This document shows positions 39,135 to 49,886 of a stretch of DNA of 64,000 nucleotides, piece after piece. Each line of letters opens with the position of its first letter. Position 1 is the stretch's first letter. The translations under genes were made by a program, and so were the position numbers. Location: positions 20,167-84,166 of the forward strand of contig JALHMH010000006.1 in NCBI GenBank assembly GCA_022844165.1, in the 5' to 3' direction. A model generated the notes under the pieces. It saw only the letters and a list, made by a program, of their open reading frames with translations. It was not told the origin of the DNA and ran no database searches. Source of the DNA: Lysobacterales bacterium (GTDB lineage: Bacteria; Pseudomonadota; Gammaproteobacteria; Xanthomonadales; SZUA-5).

Positions 39135-39136
39135 AG

Positions 39137-39317
39137 AGTCCTTGATGAAGCTGGATCTTGTCATTTGAGTCAAATTTTCGTCGGTGCGGCTTTGGCTGTT
39201 GAAGCCCCCTTGAGTACAAGGGGGCGATTGAGCGCGCAGCGCTCAATGGGGGTTTTGGCAAGTACGGTGTCTGGCGAAGCCAACAATGCTCGGCGGTCTG
39301 AGGCGAAGCCTCGCTAG
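39137..39317 (+). repeat. MITE/REP-like element, family B, short copy
   Basis: Shares both terminal modules with 25405-25650 but has a shorter, different middle. Confidence 0.85.
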
Positions 39318-39532
39318 GGTGTTTACGGCCAGTCAGTCCATCCGATGAGCCAGATCGAGTGTCGTATCAAAGGTCTCGCCGCTGTGCATCGCCAATCGCA
39401 GCAACATCATCAGCGCCTCGCTATCGAGCAAGGCGCGAACACAAAACCCACGCGACGGGCACCGTCGATGCGCACAAAAACGCGTTTTCTCATCCTGGAA
39501 GCCTCATTAGGCGGCCGGCAGTCGACGAGGGC

Positions 39533-40480
39533 TCAACCACGACGAGCCGCTCGCTTTCTGGTGCCGTTCGGCCTCGCTGCCGCCGTGGTCTTGGTCGGTG
39601 CAGCCCTGGCCTTTGCGCTTGCCTTTTTTGCGGGCTTGGTTTTGGCCTTGCCCTCGACTTTGGCCTTCGTTTTGGTTTTTGCCGCTTTGGGTGGCGGCGG
39701 ATCGTCGGCCTTGGGCGCCAGCTTGCCGAAGTCGGGCAGACTCGGGAGCAAACCAGAGACGCGCCCAACCCACGACTTTGCCGATTCTTGAACTTGATCG
39801 ATCGCGGTGCGCGCGGCGCTCGTTGCCCATTCGACCAGCGTGCTCTCGTCGATATTGGTGACCTGTTTCATCAGCTTTGGCCACTCTTCCAATTCGGCAT
39901 CGCGGAACTTGGCGACCGCTTGCGCGCGCATGCCGACGGCGTGCGTCAGCGCTATGTTCTTGGTCGCAGCGGTGGCGATGTTGGTGATCGGCAACGCGCG
40001 CTTGAGGACGAAGCCGCCGATGACGGCGCCCGCGTAACGCTTCAGCAATTTGGTGACGATGCTGGACGCGTGCGTCGCGCCGACGTTTGTCGCTGCGATC
40101 GCGAGGATCGAAAAGCGCTCTCCCGCTTCACCCAGATCGACCTCATAAACGGCAAAGGTCTCGAGAACCAATTCCGCTTGCAATGCAACAACGGTTGCGG
40201 TGTCGATCACCGGGCCCAAAAACATGCCGGCAATTTTTCCAGCACCCGGCAACAGTTCCATCGTCGCAGACAGCGCGCCGATCGCACCTGCCTGCAAACA
40301 CTTGCTTTGCACCAACAATCGGTGCAGCTCCTCGGGTTCCGCGTCGGGCATACGTTTGCGCAGCGCGGCGACACGTGCCTTGATCGCGGCACGATCCGCC
40401 TTGCGTAGGCTCTTCCACAGCGCTTGGGCGGCGTCGGGCAACATGCGCGTGTCCTGATCGAGGATGACGGTTGCCATCAT
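39533..40480 (-). CDS. hypothetical protein with Lys/Ala/Pro-rich histone-H1-like C-terminal tail
   Basis: Starts MMATVILDQ. The globular part has glycine-rich hydrophobic stretches. The tail is PPPPKAAKTKTKAKVEGKAKTKPAKKASAKARAAPTK. The competing plus-strand ORF 39359-40408 looks non-coding (Arg-rich shadow). Confidence 0.55.
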   Translation of the reverse strand: MMATVILDQDTRMLPDAAQALWKSLRKADRAAIKARVAALRKRMPDAEPEELHRLLVQSKCLQAGAIGALSATMELLPGAGKIAGMFLGPVIDTATVVALQAELVLETFAVYEVDLGEAGERFSILAIAATNVGATHASSIVTKLLKRYAGAVIGGFVLKRALPITNIATAATKNIALTHAVGMRAQAVAKFRDAELEEWPKLMKQVTNIDESTLVEWATSAARTAIDQVQESAKSWVGRVSGLLPSLPDFGKLAPKADDPPPPKAAKTKTKAKVEGKAKTKPAKKASAKARAAPTKTTAAARPNGTRKRAARRG

Positions 40481-40551
40481 CGGTCGAACGGGCGACCGGG
40501 GCAATGGGCAATCGTTGCTCCTTTGCGCCGACGCGCGACTGCCAGTTGCGC

Positions 40552-41808
40552 TCAGACTCGATCGAGAATCGCATAGAAAAACCCGTCCTCGTCGTGTTCG
40601 CCCGGCAGATTCTGTTGCCCGGCACCGGCGTCGAAGCCCCATGCAGCAAACGGTACCGGTGCCAACCGCGCCTCGGGTGTACGCGCCAGAAATGCGGCGA
40701 TCTGATCGCCGTTTTCGGCGCGCAGTATCGAGCAGGTCGCATACACCAGACGACCGCCGGGTTTCAGCTTTCGCCACAGCGCATCGAGCAACCGCCGTTG
40801 CTCCTCGACCAGCGCGCCGACGTCGCTGGCACGGCGCAGCAGCTTGATATCCGGATGGCGGCGAATCACCCCGGTGCCGGTGCAAGGTGCATCGATCACG
40901 ATGCGATCGAAGTCCGTATCGAAGAGGGTGGTCGCGGCATCGCCAACCAACACTTGGGCGTCGACGCGGCAGCGCTCGAAGGTATCGCGCAGGCGTCCGA
41001 TGCGTGCAGCATCGCGATCGATGGCGGTCAACAACAAGCCGGGAACGGCTTCAACCAGTGCGGCGGCTTTGCCACCGGGCGCCGCGCACGCATCGAGCAC
41101 GCGCTGGCCGGCGCGCGCAGCGACGGCGGCGACGATGCGCTGCGCGGCGGCGTCTTGCACTGATACCGCGCCGAGCGCAAAGTCTGGGAGACGCTCGATC
41201 GCAACGGGCGTCACTAATTTCAACGCGTGCGGCGGATCGTCTGGCATCTCAGCGGCGATGCCGCTCTGCGCCAGGCGCTCGCGATAAAGCTCGCGCCCTG
41301 GTCCGCGTGCGTCGATGCGCAACCACATCGGCGGCGCCTGGTTGGCGGCGGCACAAATCGCCTCCAGGTGCCCTGGCCAATCGCGCGCGATGGCTTCCAG
41401 CAACCACGTCGGGTGCTCGTAGCGAGCCTCTGCGGCTTCCATGGCATGCGCCTCAAGCGCGCTGCGCTCACGCTGAAAACGGCGCAGTACCGCGTTAACG
41501 AAACCGGCTGCGCTGGCCTGGATCGATCGCGCGCCTGCGACGCTCTCGTTCACCGCCGCGTGTGCGGGTGTCGCCAGGAATCGCAACTCGGTCAACGCAA
41601 CATGCAACAGCGCCAGGATCAGCGGCTTGGGCCGGCGCTCGCAGAGTTCTTCAATGATCGCCGCGGTGGAAAAATGCTGGCGGCAGGCAGCGTACAGCAG
41701 CGCCTGCGCGAATGGCCGGTCGTCAGCTGCGAATGTCGCCAGGGCTTGATCGAGGTTGGCGCCATCGAAAATCCGTTTCAGGGCGCGTGCGAGGTTGGCG
41801 CGAAGCAT
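40552..41808 (-). CDS. rsmB: 16S rRNA (cytosine967-C5)-methyltransferase
   Basis: PAHAAVNESV, PPMWLRI, DAPCTGTGVIRRHPDIK, YATCS and a DGFFYA end, collinear with E. coli RsmB. Confidence 0.9.
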   Translation of the reverse strand: MLRANLARALKRIFDGANLDQALATFAADDRPFAQALLYAACRQHFSTAAIIEELCERRPKPLILALLHVALTELRFLATPAHAAVNESVAGARSIQASAAGFVNAVLRRFQRERSALEAHAMEAAEARYEHPTWLLEAIARDWPGHLEAICAAANQAPPMWLRIDARGPGRELYRERLAQSGIAAEMPDDPPHALKLVTPVAIERLPDFALGAVSVQDAAAQRIVAAVAARAGQRVLDACAAPGGKAAALVEAVPGLLLTAIDRDAARIGRLRDTFERCRVDAQVLVGDAATTLFDTDFDRIVIDAPCTGTGVIRRHPDIKLLRRASDVGALVEEQRRLLDALWRKLKPGGRLVYATCSILRAENGDQIAAFLARTPEARLAPVPFAAWGFDAGAGQQNLPGEHDEDGFFYAILDRV

Positions 41809-41821
41809 GATGGAGTGCGGG

Positions 41822-42727
41822 CTAACGCGAGCCGCGCGCGTTGACGAAGTCCGCAGCGTCGATCACGCGCCCACCGGCACGCTGCAATTTCAGAATCGCC
41901 AGAGCGCCTTGACCGCACGCGATCACCAATCGGCTGCGCGAATGGCGCACGATTTCGCCCGGTGTGCCGCTGGCTTCGACGGGTTCCGCCGCGTGGATAC
42001 GCACGCGCTCGCCGTCGATGACGGCTTCGGCGATCGGCCAGGGGTTGAATGCGCGAATCTTGCGATCGATCGCCACTGCGCTCGCTGTCCAGTCGATCGA
42101 TGCTTCGGCTTTGTCGATTTTGTGCGCGTATTCGATGCCCTCGCTCGATTGCGTGCGCGGTATCAGTTCAATGCCGGATTGCACATCGAGCAGTGCTTGA
42201 CGCAGCACTCCGGCGCCGAGTTGCGCCAGACGATCGTGCAGGCTCGCCGAAGTGTCGTCCGCGGCGATAGGCGTGCGCACTTCGCGCAGCACTGGCCCGG
42301 TGTCGAGGCCCGCTTCCATCTGCATCAAATCCACGCCCGTTTCCGCGTCGCCCGCCAAAATCGCGCGCTGAATGGGCGCCGCACCGCGCCAGCGCGGCAA
42401 CAGGCTCGCATGCAAATTCCAGGCGCCGCGGGTTGGCATCGCCAGCACCGCTTTGGGCAAGATCAAACCGTAGGCCACCACGACCATCAGATCTGCACGG
42501 TACGCCGCGAGCGATTCCTGGACTTCAGCAGGTTTCAGTGATTCAGGCTGTTCGACGACAATGCCCGCGTCGATGGCGCGTTGTTTGACGGCGCTTGGCG
42601 TCAGCTGCCGACCGCGGCCCGCCGGGCGATCCGGCTGGGTGTACGCCGCAACACATTCGCAGGTGTCGAGTACCGCTTCGAACGCAGGCACTGAAAACGC
42701 CGGCGTGCCGGCGAAAATCACCCTCAT
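41822..42727 (-). CDS. fmt: methionyl-tRNA formyltransferase
   Basis: [34 protein letters not shown]. Confidence 0.93.
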   Translation of the reverse strand: MRVIFAGTPAFSVPAFEAVLDTCECVAAYTQPDRPAGRGRQLTPSAVKQRAIDAGIVVEQPESLKPAEVQESLAAYRADLMVVVAYGLILPKAVLAMPTRGAWNLHASLLPRWRGAAPIQRAILAGDAETGVDLMQMEAGLDTGPVLREVRTPIAADDTSASLHDRLAQLGAGVLRQALLDVQSGIELIPRTQSSEGIEYAHKIDKAEASIDWTASAVAIDRKIRAFNPWPIAEAVIDGERVRIHAAEPVEASGTPGEIVRHSRSRLVIACGQGALAILKLQRAGGRVIDAADFVNARGSR

Positions 42728-43227
42728 GCGGCTTGCCGACGGCGCTTGTCGAGCTTGCGCTGCACCATTTGCCGTTTCAGTGGCGACAAATAGTCGACGA
42801 ACACCTTACCGGCCAGATGGTCCATTTCGTGTTGGATACAAACCGCGAGCAAACCCGATGCTGCGATGCGCTGCGGCTGGCCGTGGCGATCCAGGCATTC
42901 GACGACGATGTGATCGGCGCGATCGACGTCGGCAAAAATGCCGGGCACCGACAGGCAGCCCTCCTGATAGGTTTGCACGCCCTCGCGTTCGACGATTTTC
43001 GGGTTGATGACCACCAGCGGCTGGTCTTTGTTCTCGCTGACGTCCATGACGATCAGCTGGCGATGATCATCGACTTGTGTGGCTGCCAGGCCAATGCCTG
43101 GCGCGGCGTACATGGTTTCGAACATGTCGTCGATGCGCGTTTGCAGGGCGGCATCGAATTCCGCGATGGGTTTGGCGACCGTACGCAAACGTTCGTCGGG
43201 AAACTCGAGAATCGTTAGAAGGGCCAT
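42724..43227 (-). CDS. def: peptide deformylase
   Basis: [27 protein letters not shown] 43227 gives [15 protein letters not shown]. Confidence 0.93.
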   Translation of the reverse strand: MALLTILEFPDERLRTVAKPIAEFDAALQTRIDDMFETMYAAPGIGLAATQVDDHRQLIVMDVSENKDQPLVVINPKIVEREGVQTYQEGCLSVPGIFADVDRADHIVVECLDRHGQPQRIAASGLLAVCIQHEMDHLAGKVFVDYLSPLKRQMVQRKLDKRRRQAA

Positions 43228-43334
43228 AGCGTTGGACTCCAGTTGCTGCCGCACAGCTTGGGGCGATTGGGTAGAAGTTTCAAGGCCCGGCCGAGTTCGT
43301 GGTCGGATTTGCGTCGGGTACAGAGAGATCTGCC

Positions 43335-44717
43335 TTAGCCTCGGAATCCGGGCATTCCACCAAAACCACCGCCGCCACCCAGGCCCTTGAGGGCGCGCAG
43401 CATGCCGCGCATGCCGCCGCCGGAGAGCTTTTTCATCATCTTTTCCATCGTCATGTACTGCTTCATCAGCTTGTTCACATCCGATGGGTGCGTGCCCGAA
43501 CCCTTGGCGATGCGCGCGCGCCGCGAGCCATTCAAGAGATCAGGAAAGCGCCGTTCCTTCTTGGTCATCGAGTTGATGATCGCGATCATCTTGCGCACTT
43601 CTTTGTCGCCCATGGCACCAACCGCGGATGGATCGTCGATTTTCGGCAACATCGGCATCTTGTCCATCAACTGCGCCATGCCGCCCATGCCCTGCATCTG
43701 CTGCAGCTGATCGCGCATATCCGATAGATCGAACTTCTTGCCGCTGACCACTTTTTTGGCCAGCTTCTCCATCGTGTCCTGATCGGCCTTGCGCGTCACA
43801 TCCTCGATCAGCGACATCACGTCGCCCATGCCCAGGATGCGCGAGGCCACGCGGTCCGGATGGAACGGCTCGAGGGCATCGAGCTTCTCGCCCGCGCCCA
43901 TGAACTTGATCGGTCGGCCGGTCAGATAGCGCACCGACAACGCCGCACCGCCGCGAGCGTCGCCGTCGGTTTTGGTCAGAATCACGCCGGTCAATGGCAA
44001 GGCTTCGGCAAAGGCCTTGGCGGTGTTCGCCGCGTCCTGGCCGGTCATGCTATCGACCACGAACAGTGTCTCGATCGGTTGCAGCGCCCGGTGCAACTCA
44101 GCAACCTCGGTCATCATCGCTTGATCGATGGCCAGCCGCCCGGCCGTGTCGACAATCAGCACGTCTGCCAGCGAGCGTTTGGCGGCTTCGAGCGCGGCAC
44201 GCGCAATGTCCAACGGGCGTTGCTCAGGCGTGCTCTCGAAAAACGTCGCTTCCACTTGCCCGGCCACGGTTTTCAACTGCTCGATGGCCGCGGGCCGATA
44301 GACATCGCAGCTCACGACCATGACGCGTTTCTTCTTGCGCTCACGCAACAGTCGCGCCAATTTGCCGGTGGTTGTGGTTTTCCCGGAGCCCTGCAGGCCG
44401 GCCATCAAAATCACCGCCGGCGCCGGACAATTCAGATTCAGATCCTCGTTGCGCGCGCCCATCACCGCAACCAGTTCGTCGTTGACGATCTTGATCAGCG
44501 TCTGGCCCGGCGACAGGCTTTGCAAAACCTCCTGGCCGATCGCGCGCGCTTTGACGCGTTCGATCAACGCCTGTACCACAGGCAGTGCCACGTCCGCTTC
44601 CAACAGCGCAATGCGAACTTCGCGCAGTGCCTCGCGAATGTTCTCTTCGCTCAAGCGCCCGCGCCCGCGCAGCTTATTGATCGTATCGGAGAGGCGTTTG
44701 CTTAAGTTTTCGAACAT
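43335..44717 (-). CDS. ffh: signal recognition particle protein
   Basis: [11 protein letters not shown]-loop [15 protein letters not shown], and a Met-rich M domain with a GGGFGGMPG tail. The track ORF to 45212 is an extension. Confidence 0.93.
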   Translation of the reverse strand: MFENLSKRLSDTINKLRGRGRLSEENIREALREVRIALLEADVALPVVQALIERVKARAIGQEVLQSLSPGQTLIKIVNDELVAVMGARNEDLNLNCPAPAVILMAGLQGSGKTTTTGKLARLLRERKKKRVMVVSCDVYRPAAIEQLKTVAGQVEATFFESTPEQRPLDIARAALEAAKRSLADVLIVDTAGRLAIDQAMMTEVAELHRALQPIETLFVVDSMTGQDAANTAKAFAEALPLTGVILTKTDGDARGGAALSVRYLTGRPIKFMGAGEKLDALEPFHPDRVASRILGMGDVMSLIEDVTRKADQDTMEKLAKKVVSGKKFDLSDMRDQLQQMQGMGGMAQLMDKMPMLPKIDDPSAVGAMGDKEVRKMIAIINSMTKKERRFPDLLNGSRRARIAKGSGTHPSDVNKLMKQYMTMEKMMKKLSGGGMRGMLRALKGLGGGGGFGGMPGFRG

Positions 44718-45063
44718 GAGTCCAGGCCGGAGCGCTTCGAGGGGCGCGATTCTAATGGGAACGCGCTGCTTCCTGCTCGGCGATCGAGCATCCGCCTGGC
44801 TCGCCCACTTCATGGCATCGCGAGGATATGGCCTGAGTTCATAGTAGCGGTGCGTCGTTTCTCGACTGACCGGACTTCGCGACGAACGCGATGAACGCGC
44901 GGGCAAGGCGTTCCGAGGGAAGCGCATTGAGGAGGGCGCTGCTCCTGCGGCGCTCGCATGTTCCATATGCTGCCAGCGGCGGCGCAGGAGCGGCGCCCTC
45001 CCGCGGATGGTCTCCAATACGTCGATGTTTCTCCGGGCTGGCCGTCGCTCGAGACCGCGAGGG

Positions 45064-45555
45064 CTAATCCGGCAGATACAGGCCCAAAAAGCTGATGGAC
45101 CACTGCTGGCCATCGTCCGAAACCTCCCATTTCTGCTGCACCTTCCCCTCCGCCTGCGGCGTCCAGGTGATCCGTTGTCGCTGCACACCGCCGTTTGCTG
45201 CGGCCAACTCACCTTCCATCAACATCACGCCATCGATCAGTTTGCCTTCCAGGCTCAACACCACGCCGTCGCCGCCCACCCAGAACTGTCGCCAAACCCG
45301 GTGATTAGCGTCCCAGGCGTTGAGACTCATACCGTTCATTCCGCCTGCGCCGGACCAATACTCGACGACTCGGCAACCGTCTTTGCTGCGTTCGATTCGA
45401 TTCTTGCCCTGGAACTGATCGCCGTTGCGCCCGCCCATCACGCGCCAGTTGCCCAGCCAGAAGTCGAACTGTCGATGCTCTGCGCCAGAGCAGGGTGTCG
45501 CAGCGGCTGCTTCAGATGCAGCCAGGATCAAGAGAACAAATAACAATAAGTGCAT
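45064..45555 (-). CDS. hypothetical secreted protein (163 aa)
   Basis: Signal peptide MHLLLFVLLILAASEAAAA. No family recognised. Confidence 0.5.
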   Translation of the reverse strand: MHLLLFVLLILAASEAAAATPCSGAEHRQFDFWLGNWRVMGGRNGDQFQGKNRIERSKDGCRVVEYWSGAGGMNGMSLNAWDANHRVWRQFWVGGDGVVLSLEGKLIDGVMLMEGELAAANGGVQRQRITWTPQAEGKVQQKWEVSDDGQQWSISFLGLYLPD

Positions 45556-45590
45556 TGCGAATACTCCATTGTGCAACTGCAGTAAGGAAA

Positions 45591-47564
45591 TCAACGGCAG
45601 CCCAGTCCTCTGGGCTGGGTTAGGCGGGTCAGTGTCATCGACCCGGTTCCAAACGCTGTGCCGAGCGTGTAGTCCACACGGCCCCGGCTGCAGGATGTCA
45701 TCGACAAACGCAACTCGCCGATGGTGCTGCGCTGCACCGTCGTGGGATTGAATCCGTCGACAAAACGTCCTCCTTGTGTGCGCTCGGCGCGTAACACAGC
45801 GACGCCATTTTCGATGCGGCCCGTGCCTAGAATCCACGCCGGCTGACCGTTCTGGTCGAAGGTGTACCAGGTGGCGAGCACGTTGCCATCCGCCAGATTT
45901 TCGACCAGCAGGCCATGGCCGCTTTGTGCCGGATCGAACCAGGCACCCGTCATGCCGTGTATTGCGCCGCTGGCGATCGCAGCGCTGCCGCAAGCAACAC
46001 CATTGGGCGTACTCAAGCGTTGCATCGGGAAGCTGCCGGTACCGTAGGGTGCATTGAGCTCGTAATCGATGCGCGCGCCGGAACAAGACGCGAATTGGAT
46101 GCGCAGTTGCCCGAGTGGGCGCTGTGTGGTTGCACCACTTTGCCAGTTCGGGATGAAACGCGCCCCGATGCCGGTGATGTCAAATACGTTGATTTGGGCG
46201 ATTCCATTGGCGATCGCTCCAGTTCCGAAGAACCAGCGTTGCGCGCCGCTACCGGCCGGGTCGTAGGTGAACCACGAGGCCAAAACGGTGTTGTCCGGCA
46301 ACTGCTCCAGTAACAATCCATGGCCATCCTGCGCAGGGTTGAACCACGCGCCGGTCACGTCCAACGAATTGACCACAATGCTGCCGGCATAAACGTCGGC
46401 GAAATTTCCCGGCGGGCTACTGATCAGAAAGTCCAGCGCACCATCGCCCGTGACGTCGCCAATCCCGACCGCGTCGAAGCCGAATTGTGCGCCTGGACGG
46501 GCGCCGTTGATCGTGACCAGCACGCTCTGATCGGCGCCACTGAACACGCGAACGCGACCGCCTTGACCCAGACCAGCGCCGCTGAAGGTGTACGAACCAA
46601 TGATCAAGTCAGCATGGCCATCGCCATTCACGTCACCTGCTGAGCGCCCGGGGCCCATGCCTTCGCTTTGCGTGCCGGCAAGCCGGAACAGGCGATTACC
46701 GGTCCGCCCGGAGAACACGTAGGCCGCGCCACCAGCACCTTCCGTGTAGGCGCCGACGTACACATCGCTGCGTCCGTCGGCATTCACATCGCCGGCATTG
46801 GCCACGAAAAACTCGCCGAAGCGACCCAGCGCATCGGCCGTCAAGGTGTACAGCAACTGCCCAGATGCGCCGGAGTACACAAATGCGCGCCCGGGTGCAT
46901 CACTCGGAGCGCCGATCACGTACTCGCCGACGCCATCGCCGTTGAGATCGCCCAAACGCGCAGCCCCAGCGCCAAATTCGGTGCCGGGCGCGCTGTCATG
47001 CGTGCGCAGAATCGCGCCGTTCGCGCCCGAAAACACCAAGGCGACGGCGCTCGACGAAGCGCCTGCCAGCAGTTCCGGCACGCCGTCGCCATCCAGATCA
47101 TCGAGTCCGCTGACGGCCGAACCGAAGCCGAACGTCCCAGGCGATGGCACCAGGCTGGCCAGTTGTGCGCCGTCGCGTCCCGATAACAACATCACCGCGC
47201 CGCCCGATGGTGCGTTGCGCCCCCCGGCGATCACATCCGAAACGCCGTCGCGATTGATATCACCGGCAGCCGCCACCGACCAGCCCAGGCTCGCAAGGCC
47301 CGGCGACGCGCTCCACAACGCCGCGTCGCGGGTTGTGGACCAGGCGGCGACGGTACCGGTCCGCTGAGCGCCGGTAATGAAGTCGCGCCGACCATCGCCA
47401 TCGAGGTCCGGCATGTCGGCCACCGCAAAGCCGATGCCCGGCGCCGAATAACTGCGCAGCAACTGCGGTGGCTGCTGAGCCGACGCGATGAAAGGCAGTC
47501 CCGCGAGCAAAGCTGCGCCGAACCAGAGCCTGTGAATTGAAAAAACTTGTAGTGTATTGCGCAT
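45591..47564 (-). CDS. secreted FG-GAP (integrin-alpha/VCBS-type) repeat protein with two C-terminal copies of the GAWF(D/N)PAQxGHG domain
   Basis: Signal peptide. About seven repeats of the DxNGDGxxD / FG..xGD type (DLDGDGRRD, DINRDGVSD, DLDGDGVPE, DLNGDGVGE, DVNADGRSD, DVNGDGHAD, DVTGDGALD). Two tandem ~120-aa domains follow at about 45990-46359 and 45594-45953. Confidence 0.85.
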   Translation of the reverse strand: MRNTLQVFSIHRLWFGAALLAGLPFIASAQQPPQLLRSYSAPGIGFAVADMPDLDGDGRRDFITGAQRTGTVAAWSTTRDAALWSASPGLASLGWSVAAAGDINRDGVSDVIAGGRNAPSGGAVMLLSGRDGAQLASLVPSPGTFGFGSAVSGLDDLDGDGVPELLAGASSSAVALVFSGANGAILRTHDSAPGTEFGAGAARLGDLNGDGVGEYVIGAPSDAPGRAFVYSGASGQLLYTLTADALGRFGEFFVANAGDVNADGRSDVYVGAYTEGAGGAAYVFSGRTGNRLFRLAGTQSEGMGPGRSAGDVNGDGHADLIIGSYTFSGAGLGQGGRVRVFSGADQSVLVTINGARPGAQFGFDAVGIGDVTGDGALDFLISSPPGNFADVYAGSIVVNSLDVTGAWFNPAQDGHGLLLEQLPDNTVLASWFTYDPAGSGAQRWFFGTGAIANGIAQINVFDITGIGARFIPNWQSGATTQRPLGQLRIQFASCSGARIDYELNAPYGTGSFPMQRLSTPNGVACGSAAIASGAIHGMTGAWFDPAQSGHGLLVENLADGNVLATWYTFDQNGQPAWILGTGRIENGVAVLRAERTQGGRFVDGFNPTTVQRSTIGELRLSMTSCSRGRVDYTLGTAFGTGSMTLTRLTQPRGLGCR

Positions 47565-47696
47565 TGTTGCACTCCTGGTGTTAGGAGTTCTTAGTCAAAG
47601 CGCACGCAATGCTGTCCGTCAGGATGTTGTTCCGAAGTTTCGACGAAGCTTTGACGAAAACGCGATGAATCAAGCCGCAGCAGCGTACAAGAGAGG

Positions 47697-49868
47697 TTGA
47701 AAGTGCAATTGGTGGAGCAGCGCTTTGCGATTGGCGAGCAGATCTTCGATGGAGGAACACTGACGCTTAGCTCAGCCGACGCCCACACCCGCCTGCCACT
47801 GAAGGCCGCCCAGGTTTTGATCGTGTTGGCCGAACACGTCGGGCATACGGTGACGCGCGACACGCTACTCGATCGCGTCTGGCCCGATCAATTTCGCACG
47901 CCGGATGTGCTCACACAGGTGATCGTCGAACTGCGACGCGCTTTGCACGGCGGCGCGTCGGTGCTGGTCACGGTGCCGAAAGTCGGCTATCGGCTGCAGG
48001 CGGAGGTCACTCGACTCGGGACGGAAATGACTTCCGCCGACGCCGCGCCCGTCGCAGACACGCTCGACCTCAAACCGCAGTTAGCACCGGTTGAGGCGGC
48101 GGAGCTCATCGCGCCCGCACCTGGCCAGGAACACCCGCCGCCAGCGACCGGGCCGAAATCGTCGTGGGCAAGTGTTTTTTGGGTCGCTGTTGTCTCGCTC
48201 GCGATGATTGGTCTCTGGCATTGGTCGCGACTCCCGTCCACAAAGACGAATACGGAGAGCTCGTCGATCTTGCCCGCGCCAGCCATCGAAATTCTCAGCG
48301 CCGATCCGGCATCGGAGCGCTGGCCAGCATTGTCGCCGGATGGCAGTCGCGTCGCCTATTCGGTTCTGCGCAGCAACGGCCATCGCGAAGTGGTGGTGCA
48401 AATTCCTGGCAGCAGCGCCCAAACGCCGCTGCTCAGCGATGCGACGGCCGACCAGGCACATCCGGTTTGGGCGCCGGACGGACGAGAAGTTGCGTTCTTG
48501 AGTTTTTCCGGTCAGGACTGTGTTGTGCGCGCGGTGGCGGCCATGGGCGGCGCCTCTCGTGTGTTGCGCAACTGCATTCCGAGCGTCATCAGCTGGTTCC
48601 AATGGCCAACGCCGGATACGCTCTATACCACCTACATGACGCCGGACTCGCCAGGGCTGCGAATTCACCGTCAATGGCTGAACTCAGACCGGGATGAAGT
48701 CCTCCAATATCCGCGGCGCGAAAACGATCACGATTCCGAGCCGAAGCTCTCGCCCACTGGTCGCTACTTGGCGTTCCGCCGTGGCCGCAGGTTTAGCAAC
48801 CTGATGTTGCTCGATCAGCAAAGCGGCCAGTTGCAGGAGGTTACGGCAGCAGCATCCTGGTTGACCGGTCACACCTGGCTTGGCGACGAAGGTCTGTTGA
48901 TTTATGCCACCGATGCCTACGGACCTTCCGAGCTGGTCGCCTTCGATCCCGCAACGTCCCGGCGCCAGCGTCTGAGCGTCGCACCGGCCCGACATCCGAG
49001 CGCCGCAACTGGTACGCGAATGTTGGCCTACGAATGGCCGCGGCAGCAGACACAACTCTGGTCTTTTCAGCTGCACGGCGAGGATGACGGGCTTCCGGTG
49101 TTGCCGCCGTCCACCGGTAGCGATCGTGCGGCCCAGTTTTCGCCTGACGGTGCAAGCCTGGCTTTTGTTTCGAATCGCAGCGGTGCAGATCAGCTCTGGA
49201 TCGTACGCGGCCAGACGGCGGCGCAGCAGCTGAGTCAATTGCAAGGCCAGCGCGTCCGCGAGGTCGCCTGGCACCCGGACGGCAAGTCGCTGTTGATCGT
49301 GACGTCTTCGGCAGAACGCTGGGATGCACTCGCGCTGGATGTCGCCACGCGTCGCGAGCAGCCGGTCCAGGGCATCCCGGGTTCGATTCGCTCCCTGCAC
49401 GGCTCGCGAACGGCAGGGCGATTGTTAGCCATCACCGAGATCGATGGCGCGCTGCATCTGCTGGTGTTGGACCGAGACCAGGACCGATGGACCACGACGA
49501 GGCAACTCCTGGGCGGCAATCGCGTTGCAGAGGCCGCCGATGGACGGCTGCTGCTGACCTTGGAAGGTCTGCCTGGGCTTTATCAACTGCGGCCAGAGGA
49601 TGCCGAACCGGTGTTGTTGAGCGACCGAATCAATCTCGTGAATCAGACGTCCTGGACCATCGCCGACGACCGCGTCTGGTTTATCCAATGGACCAGCCCG
49701 CCGACGCTCCGGACGCTCGATGAGAACGGCGAAACCAGCATCGTCCGCGAACTCCGCCGCGGCGCGCAGGCCGCGCCACTGGTGCCGGAAATCGCCATCG
49801 CTAACGGGCGCCTCGTTATGACCGCCATGAACCAGGATCAAACTGACATCGCACTGCTGCGCTGGTGA
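47697..49868 (+). CDS. CadC/OmpR-type winged-helix DNA-binding domain + TM + TolB-like beta-propeller protein
   Basis: N-terminal trans_reg_C pattern (LPLKAAQVLIVLAEHVGHTVTRDTLLDRVWPD...VPKVGYRL), one TM helix (VFWVAVVSLAMIGLW), and C-terminal repeats of the SPDG..(V/L)AF type. Start is TTG 47697 or GTG 47703 (SD gagagg). Confidence 0.75.
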   Translation: MKVQLVEQRFAIGEQIFDGGTLTLSSADAHTRLPLKAAQVLIVLAEHVGHTVTRDTLLDRVWPDQFRTPDVLTQVIVELRRALHGGASVLVTVPKVGYRLQAEVTRLGTEMTSADAAPVADTLDLKPQLAPVEAAELIAPAPGQEHPPPATGPKSSWASVFWVAVVSLAMIGLWHWSRLPSTKTNTESSSILPAPAIEILSADPASERWPALSPDGSRVAYSVLRSNGHREVVVQIPGSSAQTPLLSDATADQAHPVWAPDGREVAFLSFSGQDCVVRAVAAMGGASRVLRNCIPSVISWFQWPTPDTLYTTYMTPDSPGLRIHRQWLNSDRDEVLQYPRRENDHDSEPKLSPTGRYLAFRRGRRFSNLMLLDQQSGQLQEVTAAASWLTGHTWLGDEGLLIYATDAYGPSELVAFDPATSRRQRLSVAPARHPSAATGTRMLAYEWPRQQTQLWSFQLHGEDDGLPVLPPSTGSDRAAQFSPDGASLAFVSNRSGADQLWIVRGQTAAQQLSQLQGQRVREVAWHPDGKSLLIVTSSAERWDALALDVATRREQPVQGIPGSIRSLHGSRTAGRLLAITEIDGALHLLVLDRDQDRWTTTRQLLGGNRVAEAADGRLLLTLEGLPGLYQLRPEDAEPVLLSDRINLVNQTSWTIADDRVWFIQWTSPPTLRTLDENGETSIVRELRRGAQAAPLVPEIAIANGRLVMTAMNQDQTDIALLRW

Positions 49869-49886
49869 ATTTGTCTCGTGCTTCGG

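Noticed and set aside
39359-40408. 349-aa plus-strand ORF competing with the minus-strand gene 39533-40480
   Set aside because: The translation is Arg/Gly/Cys-rich with no structure-like periodicity. The minus-strand product has a coherent globular part and tail.
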